A stretch of 62,943 nt of DNA, counting the filler, from Collodictyon triciliatum (taxonomy: Eukaryota): the NCBI GenBank assembly GCA_043381765.1. It is 4 parts of 4 records of this genome, joined end to end, with 100 filler letters (N's around TTAATTAATTAA, not from the genome) between each part and the next. Parts side by side here need not be neighbours in the genome. Positions count along the whole stretch, not along the records: positions 1 to 17,607 come from JBHJMP010001436.1; positions 17,708 to 35,309 come from JBHJMP010001437.1; 2 more parts are not named here. One strand, given 5' to 3'. Position numbers and translations under genes: made by a program. Each line of letters begins with the position of its first letter. The first letter of the stretch is position 1. The notes under the pieces are model-generated. The model was given only the letters and a program-made list of their open reading frames with translations, was not told where the DNA came from and searched no databases. Shown piece by piece: positions 11,719 to 26,166 of the stretch.

Positions 11719-12302
11719 CGGGCCCCCTTACGTTTGCTGTTTCGATTTATTCCTCTTTTTTCTTCCCCCGTTGACAAACTGTACGAATGACACCGAACAC
11801 AAATGAGAAAAACTCCAAATAGTAAAATAATTATAATAATTACTTGGCCGTATAACTTGGTCGTTTGATGTAAATCAAATATATTTTATTCGCCTCCTTT
11901 AATCTGACAAACTCTTTTTGTTTATTATTTTCTATTAAAATATCAAAGTTTTCCTAACCGGAAATGAGACGTTTTTTTTCTGATACAAACCGCAGCCCAG
12001 TCACCCGACCCCCCTTCATTGTTTTGAATTATTCAATATCATTTACTTCACCACCCCACATGGCAGTTTTTTTTCTCTCCACATTTACATCCACATTCAT
12101 TGGCACATACATCTCCAAACAGCCGGCGACGAGATAGACCCGTTCAAAGGCACTATAATCACTCTTTCGCCATCCAACCTTTCAAGGCGGCTCTGGTGCG
12201 GAATAAACCCACAAAACAAAGCACACACACATACACAAATACACGAATAATCGGGGAGCAGAGAAAAGAAACAAAAGAGGAGCGGGAAGAAGAGATTTGA
12301 GT

Positions 12303-12834
12303 NNNNNNNNNNNNNNNNNNNNNNNNNNNNNNNNNNNNNNNNNNNNNNNNNNNNNNNNNNNNNNNNNNNNNNNNNNNNNNNNNNNNNNNNNNNNNNNNNN
12401 NNNNNNNNNNNNNNNNNNNNNNNNNNNNNNNNNNNNNNNNNNNNNNNNNNNNNNNNNNNNNNNNNNNNNNNNNNNNNNNNNNNNNNNNNNNNNNNNNNNN
12501 NNNNNNNNNNNNNNNNNNNNNNNNNNNNNNNNNNNNNNNNNNNNNNNNNNNNNNNNNNNNNNNNNNNNNNNNNNNNNNNNNNNNNNNNNNNNNNNNNNNN
12601 NNNNNNNNNNNNNNNNNNNNNNNNNNNNNNNNNNNNNNNNNNNNNNNNNNNNNNNNNNNNNNNNNNNNNNNNNNNNNNNNNNNNNNNNNNNNNNNNNNNN
12701 NNNNNNNNNNNNNNNNNNNNNNNNNNNNNNNNNNNNNNNNNNNNNNNNNNNNNNNNNNNNNNNNNNNNNNNNNNNNNNNNNNNNNNNNNNNNNNNNNNNN
12801 NNNNNNNNNNNNNNNNNNNNNNNNNNNNNNNNNN
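12303..12834. other. Assembly gap (N run)
   Basis: 532 N. Confidence 0.98.
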
Positions 12835-12872
12835 AGCAACAATACACTGATGGAGCGCTTGTGTCTGGCAGG

Positions 12873-15411
12873 ATGGAGTTCAGCGTGAGCGCGCCGGGGA
12901 AGATCATCCTCTTTGGCGAGCACGCAGTGGTGTACGGCAAGACGGCAGTGGCCTCGTGTATCTCGCTGCGCACGCGCTGCCGCACACGCACGGTTCCTGT
13001 CGAAGCCGACGGCGGCGATGACGCGGTGCTTCTGGCAATGACCCTGCGCGAGTTGAGCGTCGACATTGCCTTCTCACGCGCGCAGCTCTGCACAATAGAC
13101 GGGTCGCTGCAACCTGGTGCAGCCTCACACACTCGCCCATAACTCTTTTCTCTTTTCTCTTTATTTATTTGTTTGTTTGTTTGTTTGTTTGTTTGTTTGT
13201 TTGTTTGTTTGTTTGTTTGTTTGTTTGTTTGTTTGTTTGTTTGTTTGCTTGCTTGTTGTTTTCTTCAATTTCCTTCAATTTCCTTCAATTTCCTTCAATT
13301 TCCTTTTTCCTGATCTGCCTCTCTCCTAGACGCTACACAAGCCCCCTCAACTGAACTTCTAGAGCAGGTTTCTTGAATATCAACCTTTTCATGTTTAATA
13401 TCATCCACAATGAAATGAAAAAAAGAAGGAATTCGGCCTTTACTTGTATGAGCCAAGCCGGCAAACGGTCGTGATTAGCTGTGCTGTGTGCTATTTACCT
13501 TTTACAGACCTTTTTTTTTTATTTCGCCTCTTCAGGTGCAGGCCATGCATATAGTTTGTTGGCATGCGTAAAAGATGGCGTAGATTCACACTGAGGCAAA
13601 TCTATGAAGCACTGATATATATTCCACTCACAAAGTAGCTTCCTTTACCCACCACTTGTCTCTTCTTCCTATCTTCAGATAAAGAGTGTCCACACGTCTT
13701 CGAGAGGGTCGGTCGAAGTTGTCCTCTTCCTTTATGCTGTTCTTCGGGCAAAATCTGGAAAGAATATGTATGTGGTAGCTACGAATGTTGTATTTCAATC
13801 CATCAGATATTATGGGCTCGCACATTAAATTTTTATGTACAACAGAAGCGAGAAGCTCTGCGTCGATTTTGAATCAGATTTGCCCCTTGGAGCAGGCCTT
13901 GGGTCATCTGCATCTTTCAGCGTCACTGTGGCAGCCTCATTTCTGAAATACTTTGGGTTCATTCATGAATCAGACCTTCAGCTCGAGAGTAGAAAGGTAC
14001 CATCACAACTCGATATCATCCATCGCAAGAAATAGGATACATTTCCCTTCTTTTTTCTTTACTTCAGCTCCCCTGTGGCTCATCAGTGAATCATAGATTC
14101 TACGTGGTCAAATGTTTTAGATAATCTCTACTTTGGATAGATGGAGAGTATGGAGCTCATCAATCAATGGGCCTACGTTGCTGAAAAAATCTTTCATGCA
14201 AATCCGTCTGGTGTTGATAATGCTGTGAGCACTTTTGGTGAGCCTTTCAACCTTCTATAATATATCATTTCACACATTCCTTGCTTCAAAAATATGCGAT
14301 CTTCACTAATTACTCAAATAGTATAGACACAATAATATTCCAATAAAATATGGAGAAAACTTTACTTTATGATGTCTTGTTTTAATTTATCTGAGAGTGG
14401 CTTAATTCATCAAGGAAACGCTATTGTTTTTGAAAATAGACAGGCATCGGTCACCCAGTATGACTAATTATATTCTCCATGGACATTGAGTTGCTCTAAA
14501 TATATATTCTCCTCGTCTGCCTTAAAACACCACTCCATTCTTATATTCCTAATATCATAGAATGCCCTCGCTCAATATCATGCTTATCAACACGTGCATC
14601 CCAAGAAATACAAAGTTCCTTGTACAAGGTGTGCGAGGTCGCTATGACGCTCACCCGAAGGTCATGTCGTCTATTCTCGACACAATCGACTCTATTGGAA
14701 AGGAGTGTGTAGAGCTATTTGGTCAAGCAAGTATAATAGCTTGAATTTGATTACATGTCGCTTTCCTTCGTAAACCGGCGCCGTTCTGTCGCACATCATA
14801 TCCTTTAACTCATTCATTTGCACTTCCTTGTAGAGTCTGGTGGAATCACACATGAATCTCTATATGAAAAAATTGGGGTAGGTCTTCAATTTCTTCTTTG
14901 AGACCTTACCAACACACGAATCTTTCAATTTCCAACCCAATGCTTTAGTTTTTCTTCTCTCTTTTTGGAAGGTCTTTATCGGTTTCAACTCTTCACATCC
15001 CACTTCACAGGTGCTCATGGACATCAACCAAGGACTTTTAAATGCAATCAATGTGGGCCACTCGGCTCTCGACCGAATTTGTTGGTTGGCAAAATCAGTC
15101 GGTTTGAAGGCTAAACTGACTGGTGGTGGCGGAGGAGGATGTGCTCTGATTCTTCTACCCGACTGTAATACATTCATCCTCACCCTCAGAATGCCTTGGT
15201 CTATGTGCACTTATTTTCTACTGTCTTTCTTTTTTTTTCTTTTTTTTCACTATTTGTCTTCTTTCATAAAAACATAGAGGTGCTTACATTTTACGCCGAA
15301 TCTCTAGCCACCACAGAGGATGCAAAATCGAAGCTGAAGGAATCTCTTGCTGCAGAAGGATTCCAAGTAATGCAAGTGTCCATCGGCGGGCCAGGCGTAA
15401 CCTTCCAGTAG
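12873..15411 (+). CDS. MVK: Mevalonate kinase (multi-exon)
   Basis: [32 protein letters not shown] (GHMP motif), [42 protein letters not shown], and GGPGVTFQ* end. Confidence 0.95.
13168..13250. repeat. (GTTT)n microsatellite, MVK intron 1
   Basis: Seen directly. Confidence 0.95.
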
Positions 15412-16111
15412 CAAAGCCCATCCTTACTTGCCCATTCGTCCGCACCTTTTGGCTCTTCGCTGCATAATCGAAAGCCTACCCTATTACCTCACAAACACAC
15501 TCTTTTTTTTCCCCTTTGCACCAACCCCACAATAAACCAACGCAAGTAAAACCTATCCAGGCGGTGCGCGCAAAAGTTGTTGCCTGTGTGGCAAAGTGTG
15601 GTATGTTGGCGCCGCAAGCCATTCAAACTATTCATAGAAAAATCACCATTGAGTTGATACCGTATAAATTTCCCGGAAATAATCTATTTTGGTGTGATGA
15701 TTTTCCCTGTCTGCTGCTATCTGATCTCGTCTCTTGATCAAACGTGCCGCAAATAGCGCGGCAAATCACAAGACAGTGATGGCGTGGCCAGACACAGGCT
15801 TCGGTCCGAATGGCTGAGGACTTTCGATTTCTCCAACTGCCCCGACCTCTCTCATAGGATAAAGTCGCATCCATAATATCCCCTTTGCTCTTTATTTTTC
15901 TCCCTCTTCCGTCTCTTGCTCTCCTTTACTACCATTGATAATAGCGTCGGAATTGTTAATCCCAACAAACCCGTGTTTCTGGTCTATTCGCGTGTTTTTG
16001 GTTCTTATGCGGCAACCATATGATCTGCTGGGTCTGTACAAAAAATATGTTACATTCCAATATCATAGGCACACAGCACCTCCCAAGCAGAATTCCTTCT
16101 TATTTCGCCTC

Positions 16112-17607
<1,496 letters not shown>

Positions 17608-17707
17608 NNNNNNNNNNNNNNNNNNNNNNNNNNNNNNNNNNNNNNNNNNNNTTAATTAATTAANNNNNNNNNNNNNNNNNNNNNNNNNNNNNNNNNNNNN
17701 NNNNNNN
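17608..17707. other. Artificial contig linker (44 N + TTAATTAATTAA + 44 N)
   Basis: Exactly 100 nt with six-frame stops. Unrelated truncated genes lie on either side. Confidence 0.95.
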
Positions 17708-18289
17708 ATCGACATCGCAGCGAGCTACAGCAAGTGGTGGGAAACGCTTGCATTTGTGTGTATCCTTTTGATGAAAGAAATACGAGAACATACATAGTAC
17801 GCAAGGGGTCCTCTGTCAGTATTTTTGTGGGAGTGAATCGAAAGCTTAAAGGAAAGACATTTTACCTTGACAAATTGGATTATCTGTGATTTTCCACTTT
17901 TTGTATTTATTTTTTTTTGTGTGTGTGTGTGCGTGTGTGTGTGTGCGTGTGTGTACAGGCATTGGAATGGAGACCGACTTCTCTAAGCTTCGTAAGAAAC
18001 TGACAGGTGGAAAGCCGGTTATGCTTTACTTTGCAGGACAAGTAAGATATTAAAGAGCTTTCATACCTTGCGTATTTCCAAAATCTTTTTTGAACAATTT
18101 TAAGATTGCTGATGAAGCCTAGACTTATGCCAAACTTGATAATTGTTGATGTGTGATATTTCTTTCCCCTTTATTCGATTCAAAGTTAATGATGTGTGAT
18201 TCTAGATTTTCGACACCATTATCACCCTTGGAGCAGCTTACATCGCATTCGGAGGGTCGTTTGGAGTCATTGAGCTTGATGACAATTAA
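17708..18289 (+). CDS. YeiH/UPF0324 (putative sulfate exporter, PSE) family membrane protein; last three exons only
   Basis: Spliced: ...SKWWETLAFVC|IGMETDFSKLRKKLTGGKPVMLYFAGQ|IFDTIITLGAAYIAFGGSFGVIELDDN*. Resembles the bacterial C-terminus LAFVSIGLET.F..L.....GGKP..LY..GQ. Confidence 0.7.
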
Positions 18290-19962
18290 GAGTAGGAGCA
18301 TTAGGCAAAATCAAAAAGAAAAGAAAAATAGAAATGTGTCTCGTTTTCGCCATTTGGTTGTCACCGTTTCTAGATAATCACTACCTGAATGAAACGCAAC
18401 AAAAAGCCTGCGACCCTGACGCACTCCTGAAATCATCACTACATATCCCTAATAAATGCTTTCCTCCACACGTGAGAGTAGGGATTGGAAAACGTATGAA
18501 TACGTACTTGTATGTAGCCAAAATATATACAAAAACATGAAATTTAGCAACACAATATTGCCTTGTTGGTCTTATTTGTGAGAACCTGATTCACCAAAAG
18601 TCTTTGTATAGCTTCTATGTTGATTTTTAACTGATTTCTATTTGCGATGGTGGGAGGTAGTGGCAAAGTTTGGAAGGCTTTCTTTATGGCACAGACTCGG
18701 ACTTGTGCGACCTTTGCATCACCATCACCTGTCAGAAACCTCCCACATAACGAAGAAATCCAGAGAACTGAGTGAGTGCGCAGTGAATCATACTTCGGAG
18801 CGTGTGGTAGCAGGGTCACTAAGACGCCGCACTGTAAACAAATATACAAACAATCCCTGAATGCATTTTACGCTAGTCAGAGTAAATCGAAACTTAGAGC
18901 TATTCTCCTTTGGCTAGAATCCAACCTGATATATTATTTTCGTGGTCATTTCCAGAAATGTGGGTGCACTGTCATTTTGCAGACGTTTCTGGATATGGCC
19001 TTCGAATCTGATGGAAGCTTCATGACTTTATGTGGAATATCAAAAGCTGTTCTGAAAGGCAATTGGATGTGGCTTGGGCTCGTCTGTAGAATGTTCCATT
19101 TGACCTCAACCACGGGGATGTGAACAAATCAAAAGAACCCAGCAGGTTGAAAGGCACTTATAATCTCTGGATGTGGTTTGGTATCGAAAGATCAAATTTC
19201 AGCAAGCAAAAATAAAACGAAATAAAAAATTAAAAATAAATGCGATGATAATTGAAAGATGCAAACACACCAACCAGTCTTTGGAGATCAACCTTGGTTG
19301 GTTGATTATTCTAATTCTTGAAGCCCTTTTGCGCGTGAAATAAAACAATAATGTTTCATCGCTAGCGAACCAAAGCCAACACCTCCACCATCCTGCACAA
19401 AATTGAAAGGAAGAATAATAATAAAAAAAAAAAACAATAATGTTTCATCGTAAGGCCTGTCGTGTTATACTGGCATATTGGCAGTCTTTTGTTTTAATTG
19501 GCATCCTTGTAGCTTTTCTTTCATAACAGTCTTAGTTGCTTCTCATACCTCATGATTAATTCGATACAGGAGGTTTACTTTGTGTTTATATTCTTTAAGT
19601 GTGCAAACATTTTTTTTGGAATGTATTTAACTAAACCATACGCAACTAATACATGCATTTATTGCGAAAAGTCCAATATTATTATTTCTTTTAAAAAAGA
19701 CGTTTTTGTATAGCTTATTATTCTATCTTTTCTTCGGTCCGTCTATTCGACAGTAAGAAGGGACATTTATTTTTGTCATATGCTGTTCAATTTTTAAGAA
19801 TGGAGTTCCTATGTAGTCCAGTTAATTGTTGCATCGAGCCACATGACACTCCACAAAGACAAAAGCTTGATACACTCTCTTTTCCCTCCTTTTTGGATAA
19901 CCTATTGATTCCTTGAAGTATATAAAGTGATGAATTTCAAAATATGTAGGGGGTCGACAGGA

Positions 19963-21910
19963 ATGATGGATGCGAGAACGTTAAATAGGCTTTCTGTCAG
20001 GCAAAGAGCTCTATGTTGTGTTTGCGTTTTTCTTTTTCTCAGTTATGTTACAGCACATACCAAAGTACAAGACCAAGAATCTGGTCCGGAGCAGCTATAC
20101 AAGAAAAATGAACGGCTATGTAGAAACTCTGGAGAGGGTGATAGTAACGAAGAAGAGTCAAACTCTCTAGATTTCATGCGATTAGGGTTTGTCTTCGTCA
20201 TTAGCATAGGAATTATTACGTTCTTGCATCAATTCCATGTAACAGCTATTCCTGAAAGTGTCATAGTAATGATAATTGGTACGTATTTTTAATTTAAAAT
20301 TATTTTAATTTCACTTCGATTTTTACAAAGAAACATTACATACCTGGTTAACTTTATTTTAATTTTTTATTATTATTTACAATCTTAATATATTACTCTT
20401 ATACCTCAAGGTATGATTGTTGGCGGCTTTGCCCGACTGAGGAATAGAAACTCTGAAGCGCATTGGGAAGATGCATTTAGCTTTAGTCCTGATGTGTTCT
20501 TCTTCTTCTTGCTCCCACCAATAATCTTCGAGAGTGGATATAGTGTCCAAAACGTAATCATAAAAAGCTATCAAACTCCGACAATACCACACATCCATTA
20601 TATTGACTTTGCTTTATCTCTTTAGAGAACCTTCTTCCACAATTTTGGAGCTATAAGTGCATTTGCGGTCGTCGGTACAATAATATCAAATACTGTCGTT
20701 AGTGCAGGGCTTTACATTCTTGGAAGCTCTGGGGTAAGAAATCAGTACCCGACATAAAAGGATGAAATATGCTACTCTTTCCATGAAAAAAAAGGAGATG
20801 TAGTGTTGCTCTATCTTACTCATCCCAACATAAACTATTTATTTGAATTATTTTCTTTTATAAAATTGCAATGAATAGTCCATATTCGAGCTGGAATGGG
20901 GAGAATGCCTTGTGTTTGGCGCCCTTATCTCAGCGGTAGACCCAGTCGCTACATTGGCGGTTTTCTCCGAAATGGGTGACACAATCGATTCAGACCTTTT
21001 CTCGACCATATTTGGGGAGAGTGTTTTAAATGATGCTGTATCAATTGTATTGTTCAGGTAGCCTTTCGCCTTGTTAAATAATATCATATCATATCGGTGT
21101 GTTTATGGAAAACTGCACCTTTGATGCCTCTTTCTCATGATTCTATACAAATCTATCCTATCTACCAAAACAGAACGTTTCAAGAAAAGTTTCTTCATGA
21201 ATCTGAAGTGAACAGCAAGATTGTGCTGGAGGCTATCGGAACAGCATTCCTTATCTTCTTTGGTTCGATGTTTGTAGGATTTGTCCTTGGTTTGATTATG
21301 GCATTGGTAATTTTTCCTTTATTCTTTGGTATTGGTAATTTAAAACATCGAACCTATTGTCGAGATAGTTACTTATTATGTTTAAAGCTTTTCAAACGGT
21401 TATAAAATACCAAAAAAACATCTGCATCATTAAAAAAATATTGTATACTATCAGGCCTTCAAGTATTCAAGGATAAAGTCAATTAAGTTAGAAGTGGTCA
21501 CTGCATTTATGTTTGGGTATATGACATATCTGATTTGTGAATCTTTGGAGTTGTCTGGGATTGTCGGGATGCTTTTCTGTGGTATTACAGGTTCTCACTA
21601 CGCCAATTACAACATGAGCACAGAAGGGCGAGTAAGTGAAAATGAATATAATAGAATACTTTCAAGATTCATTTACAGCTATGCAACCCATAATACAAGC
21701 CTTTGATGCTTTGAGCCTGCTAAAATTTTAAGAATCATAAATAGTACCTATTTTTTTTTTTTTTAAAAAAACAAACAAACTTAGACATCCCTGGAAACGG
21801 GGTTAAAAGTGGTTGCCTTTGCTGCAGAAACAGCTGTGTTTGCTTATCTTGGGATGGCTCTAGCGGTCTTTGAGTTAAATTTCAAATGGGACTTAATTTG
21901 GACATCAATA
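19963..21910 (+). CDS. Na+/H+ exchanger (CPA1; NHE8 / plant NHX5-6-like); 3' part lost in the N gap
   Basis: [98 protein letters not shown]. Confidence 0.93.
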
Positions 21911-22059
21911 GTAAGATTGATTAATTACTCTTATCATGTTTGTTTTAGGTTATTAACACGTTTTCAGTGTCGGGTGTGGCGAAATAATTGTTTTTAACGT
22001 ATTTAACACATTTATCATTAGTTTCTGTGCCTATTGGGAAGAGTTTTGAATATCTTCCC

Positions 22060-22564
22060 NNNNNNNNNNNNNNNNNNNNNNNNNNNNNNNNNNNNNNNNN
22101 NNNNNNNNNNNNNNNNNNNNNNNNNNNNNNNNNNNNNNNNNNNNNNNNNNNNNNNNNNNNNNNNNNNNNNNNNNNNNNNNNNNNNNNNNNNNNNNNNNNN
22201 NNNNNNNNNNNNNNNNNNNNNNNNNNNNNNNNNNNNNNNNNNNNNNNNNNNNNNNNNNNNNNNNNNNNNNNNNNNNNNNNNNNNNNNNNNNNNNNNNNNN
22301 NNNNNNNNNNNNNNNNNNNNNNNNNNNNNNNNNNNNNNNNNNNNNNNNNNNNNNNNNNNNNNNNNNNNNNNNNNNNNNNNNNNNNNNNNNNNNNNNNNNN
22401 NNNNNNNNNNNNNNNNNNNNNNNNNNNNNNNNNNNNNNNNNNNNNNNNNNNNNNNNNNNNNNNNNNNNNNNNNNNNNNNNNNNNNNNNNNNNNNNNNNNN
22501 NNNNNNNNNNNNNNNNNNNNNNNNNNNNNNNNNNNNNNNNNNNNNNNNNNNNNNNNNNNNNNNN
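22060..22564. other. Assembly gap (N run)
   Basis: 505 N. Confidence 0.98.
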
Positions 22565-25500
22565 CACTCCTCCAGCGGGCCGTTGGCGTTGAAATGTACC
22601 GAGACGTTGATCCTTTGGTGCGATTGAGGGAGATTTTCACTTGCATCGACACAGGGCGTGACGGGAGTCTCAACTTCGGCGAATTCTTCTATTTCCTTCA
22701 AGTTCACAACCCTTCTATCCCTCAAGTACGTTCGAATTCTCCAGCAAAATCATTCCTTTGCTTTTGCATAAAGTTATGACTTTGTATTGAATATCACATG
22801 GATGCTCATGCAGGCTCAAGCTGAGGTGTTCTTTTCCAAAATAGATAAATCAGGGTAGAGATATTCATTTATATATTCGAATATAGAAAATAATTTTTTA
22901 AACTATGCAGCAGAATGTCAACTCCAATCTAAGTTTAACTAGACTTGATATTTATTCACTCTTGTGCGCTTTCTTTTGAATTCAGGGATAGAAAGATTAC
23001 TTGGGACGAGTTTTCTGATGCTGCTCGTAATCCCGCACTTGGACTTTATTATATCCTCACAGGTGCCAGTTTTTTTATACTTTTTGACTGAATCGTTTCT
23101 CATGATACTCCCTTATTCATATCTTGCAGCCAAACAATATTTTTATGAAATAAAATGTACGTATGGAAAGAATGTCATGTTTTTCTTGAGAAAAGTGGTA
23201 ATGGCAATCAATCACTTTATTTTATTTTTAATGTTGAGATTCCGTACAAAATAGATTATTTTCTCCCAAAAAAAAGAAAAGAAAAAGAAAGAAATCTCCG
23301 AGGCATCACAACCCACCTCTTATCAATACACGCCACTTACAGTGACGCTAATATGGTCATGGCTGTGATAAACAACTTTCTAAAACATTATCGTATTCAA
23401 TATAATAAAAATCACCTATGATTATTCAGGTGGGGTTTTGCCGCCCAACCATCCTGTATTTACTCCGACAGTTGCCCGATTTGGCGCGGATTTGGTCCCA
23501 GCGGCGGTTCAGATTGAAAGGAGAAAACCATCAGCCAAAGAACTGCAATCTGCCCTGCAGTTGTTCCAAAGGTAATGGAAGTGGTATATGCCGTTCATTG
23601 ATACCAGGGATATGCATTTTACATTCGCTTAATTTTTAATTTTTTTTTTAAAAAAATCGTTCATCTATATTTCTAAATAGAATCGATGTGGATCATGATG
23701 ATAATGTCACCTTTTCGGAGTTTTATAATGGAATTAAAGCGACGGACCCTTCGTATCCAGACGCTGATATTCAAAGACTATTCTCTCTCGTACGAATCAT
23801 CATTTACAGTTCTCAAAAATTATTTTATATTAATTTCATAGTTAATAAGACTTTAGTTTCCATATTGCAATCATTTTGAATCGGTGATGATGCCAATCAT
23901 TGTGTATCTTGATTCTCAGATTGATACAGACCGCTCAAAAACAATCACCGTTGATGAGTTTCTTGCGGGAATCTCAAAAGGAACCTTAAACACATCACTG
24001 TTCGCTCGCCTCGCAACATCAGTATGCCAAAATGCAACAATGTCTTTTTAATAATTCTATTTGAGTTCAAGTCACTTGCATACGTAGTGGTGATGAGAAG
24101 GATATTATTTCCCTCAACAGTCTCGCCTCATAATCTGTAATTTGTAGATATCTGAGTTTGATTGGGAGATATCCCCATCTGAAATAACTCTTGGAGGTAA
24201 GCTTGGCGAAGGGACGTATGGGGAGGTCAGTAAGGGTTTGAAGCTTATCCCTTACGCAAAAATCATGTTGAAAATACTCAATATTTGGTCATGATTTTTG
24301 AATAGTATGGTGTAATTGTATGTGCATTTGATCGGGATATACAGGGCAGTGGAGAGGTGCAAAAGTCGCAGTCAAGAGGTTAAAGGACGTTAGAAGAGAC
24401 CCAAGAGTCCAGAAAGGTTCTTTTCCTCTAGAAAATCTAAAAGCCGAGAAAAGAATTCAAATACGTGCTATACGTAACCATTTTTTTTGTAACCTCTACA
24501 CAGTTACTTGATTCTTTCTGTACTTCAACACCTTGCTGTTTACGCGATTTGATTTCATTAACACATTGAATGGGCGCAGCCTTTTTAGGCGAGGTGAATA
24601 TTTTGAGCAAGCTTAGGCACCCTAATTGTGTTCTATTTCTTGGAGCTACTGTAAACCCACCTGAATTTATGATGATTACAGAGTACTATTTTCCTCCTAT
24701 TATATGTAATGGACTTATTATCTTGGCTTATATTTTCTGTATTCTTTAATTTTTTTTAAAGGGCTTCAGACAAGTATTTTGCACGTATTACTTGGTCAAA
24801 AACAATATTCACTAGATATTGCGAAAAAGGGACTCTTACGAATGTGTTGTCTACAAAAAACCTGTCGAGGTATCATTATCACAAGGTGGCTATAGGAATA
24901 GCTCTTGGTCTTGCCTATCTCCATTTGAGGCAACCAATCATTATACACCGGTATTTTATCTTTTGCCTGTCACTTTTTCCACCCCTATTGAAATGTCTCT
25001 TTAATTCATACGATAAAAGCATACTCTTAAAGCATGATTCTTTTTGCGTCAGATTCTTTGCTTACATCTTTGCTTATAAAGCGACCTGAAGCCTGACAAC
25101 ATTCTCCTGGATGACAGCTTCACCCCAAAGTTGGCAGACTTTGGTCTTTCAACGATTCTCACTCTTTCAACCGACGCCACCAGAAAATGCGGCAGTCCGG
25201 TGTGTGCCCCGCAAACTTTATCAACTTGTCATAACTTTCGGCCCGTATCTCGTGAATAAAAGACTTGACCGTGTTACATTGAATTAAAATGACACCACTC
25301 TCACTGGTTATAATCCATTAGGCATATATGGCTCCTGAAATCTGGAGGCAAGAGGTGACACCTATCATCTACCGAAGAAGCATAACATAACACAACACAA
25401 CACATCGTATCGTATTATACCATATCACCCCACTTATAAGAAAGAAACAATTTCCTCTGCAAATTCATTCGAGCCAGGTATACAGCGAAAAGGTTGATAT

Positions 25501-25961
25501 CTACTCATACGCCATTGTGCTGTACGAGTGTACATACTATCAGGTTCACACTCCATCCATTAGGTCCAAAAATTAATAGGCAATCTTTCATATGACATTC
25601 TCTAATTTATTATTCTAATCTCTCCGTTTAATCCTTAAATCCCACGAACAAAAAAAAAAACTCCAGGGGCCGTTCTCATGCCAAACGCTGCTAGAGTTCC
25701 AAAACAGTTAATTATTTATCCGAAGCAATTCATGTGCAAGCGCTTTGCGTGGAAAGTAACAAACTTTTGCTCATCATTCAAAATGTCTCATTTGCCGATA
25801 CAGCCTCCGACTCAGACGTCCGTCCTGTGCTCACCGCCAACATCGACCCTACTATCTCAAGAATCATCACGACGGGCTGGAACAGAAACCCAGCCATCCG
25901 CCCAAGCGCAGACACTGTTGTGAAAGAGCTTGGTCAGATTATGGGTTCCTTTCGTGGATGA
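22565..25961 (+). CDS. EF-hand-containing tyrosine-kinase-like (Raf/TKL-type) Ser/Thr kinase; 5' end lies in the gap
   Basis: Four EF loops (DTGRDGSLNFGEF, DKSGDRKITWDEF, DVDHDDNVTFSEF, DTDRSKTITVDEF), then WEISPSEITLGGKLGEGTYGEV, WRGAKVAVK, EVNILSKLRHPNCVLFLGA, IIHRDLKPDNILL, ADFGL, YMAPE, YSEKVDIYSY. Confidence 0.88.
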
Positions 25962-26166
25962 CGATGCCCGCAAGTGTTTCAACCATGCCTTCTGCCGTGG
26001 CGAAAACAGCATCCCGTCACTTAACGCCCAGAGTAGCGGCAGATTCAACCAATAAAAACAACAACACCAAAAAAAAGCAACACCAAAAAAAGCAACAACA
26101 ACAATAATAATAAAAAAAAAAAAAATTGCAACAAAAAAACTGTCAAACTATAATACTAGCAACTTC

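Noticed and set aside
17652-17663. Palindromic TTAATTAATTAA, seen three times, as a possible biological site
   Set aside because: It is always centred in exactly 44+44 Ns. It is an artificial six-frame-stop spacer.
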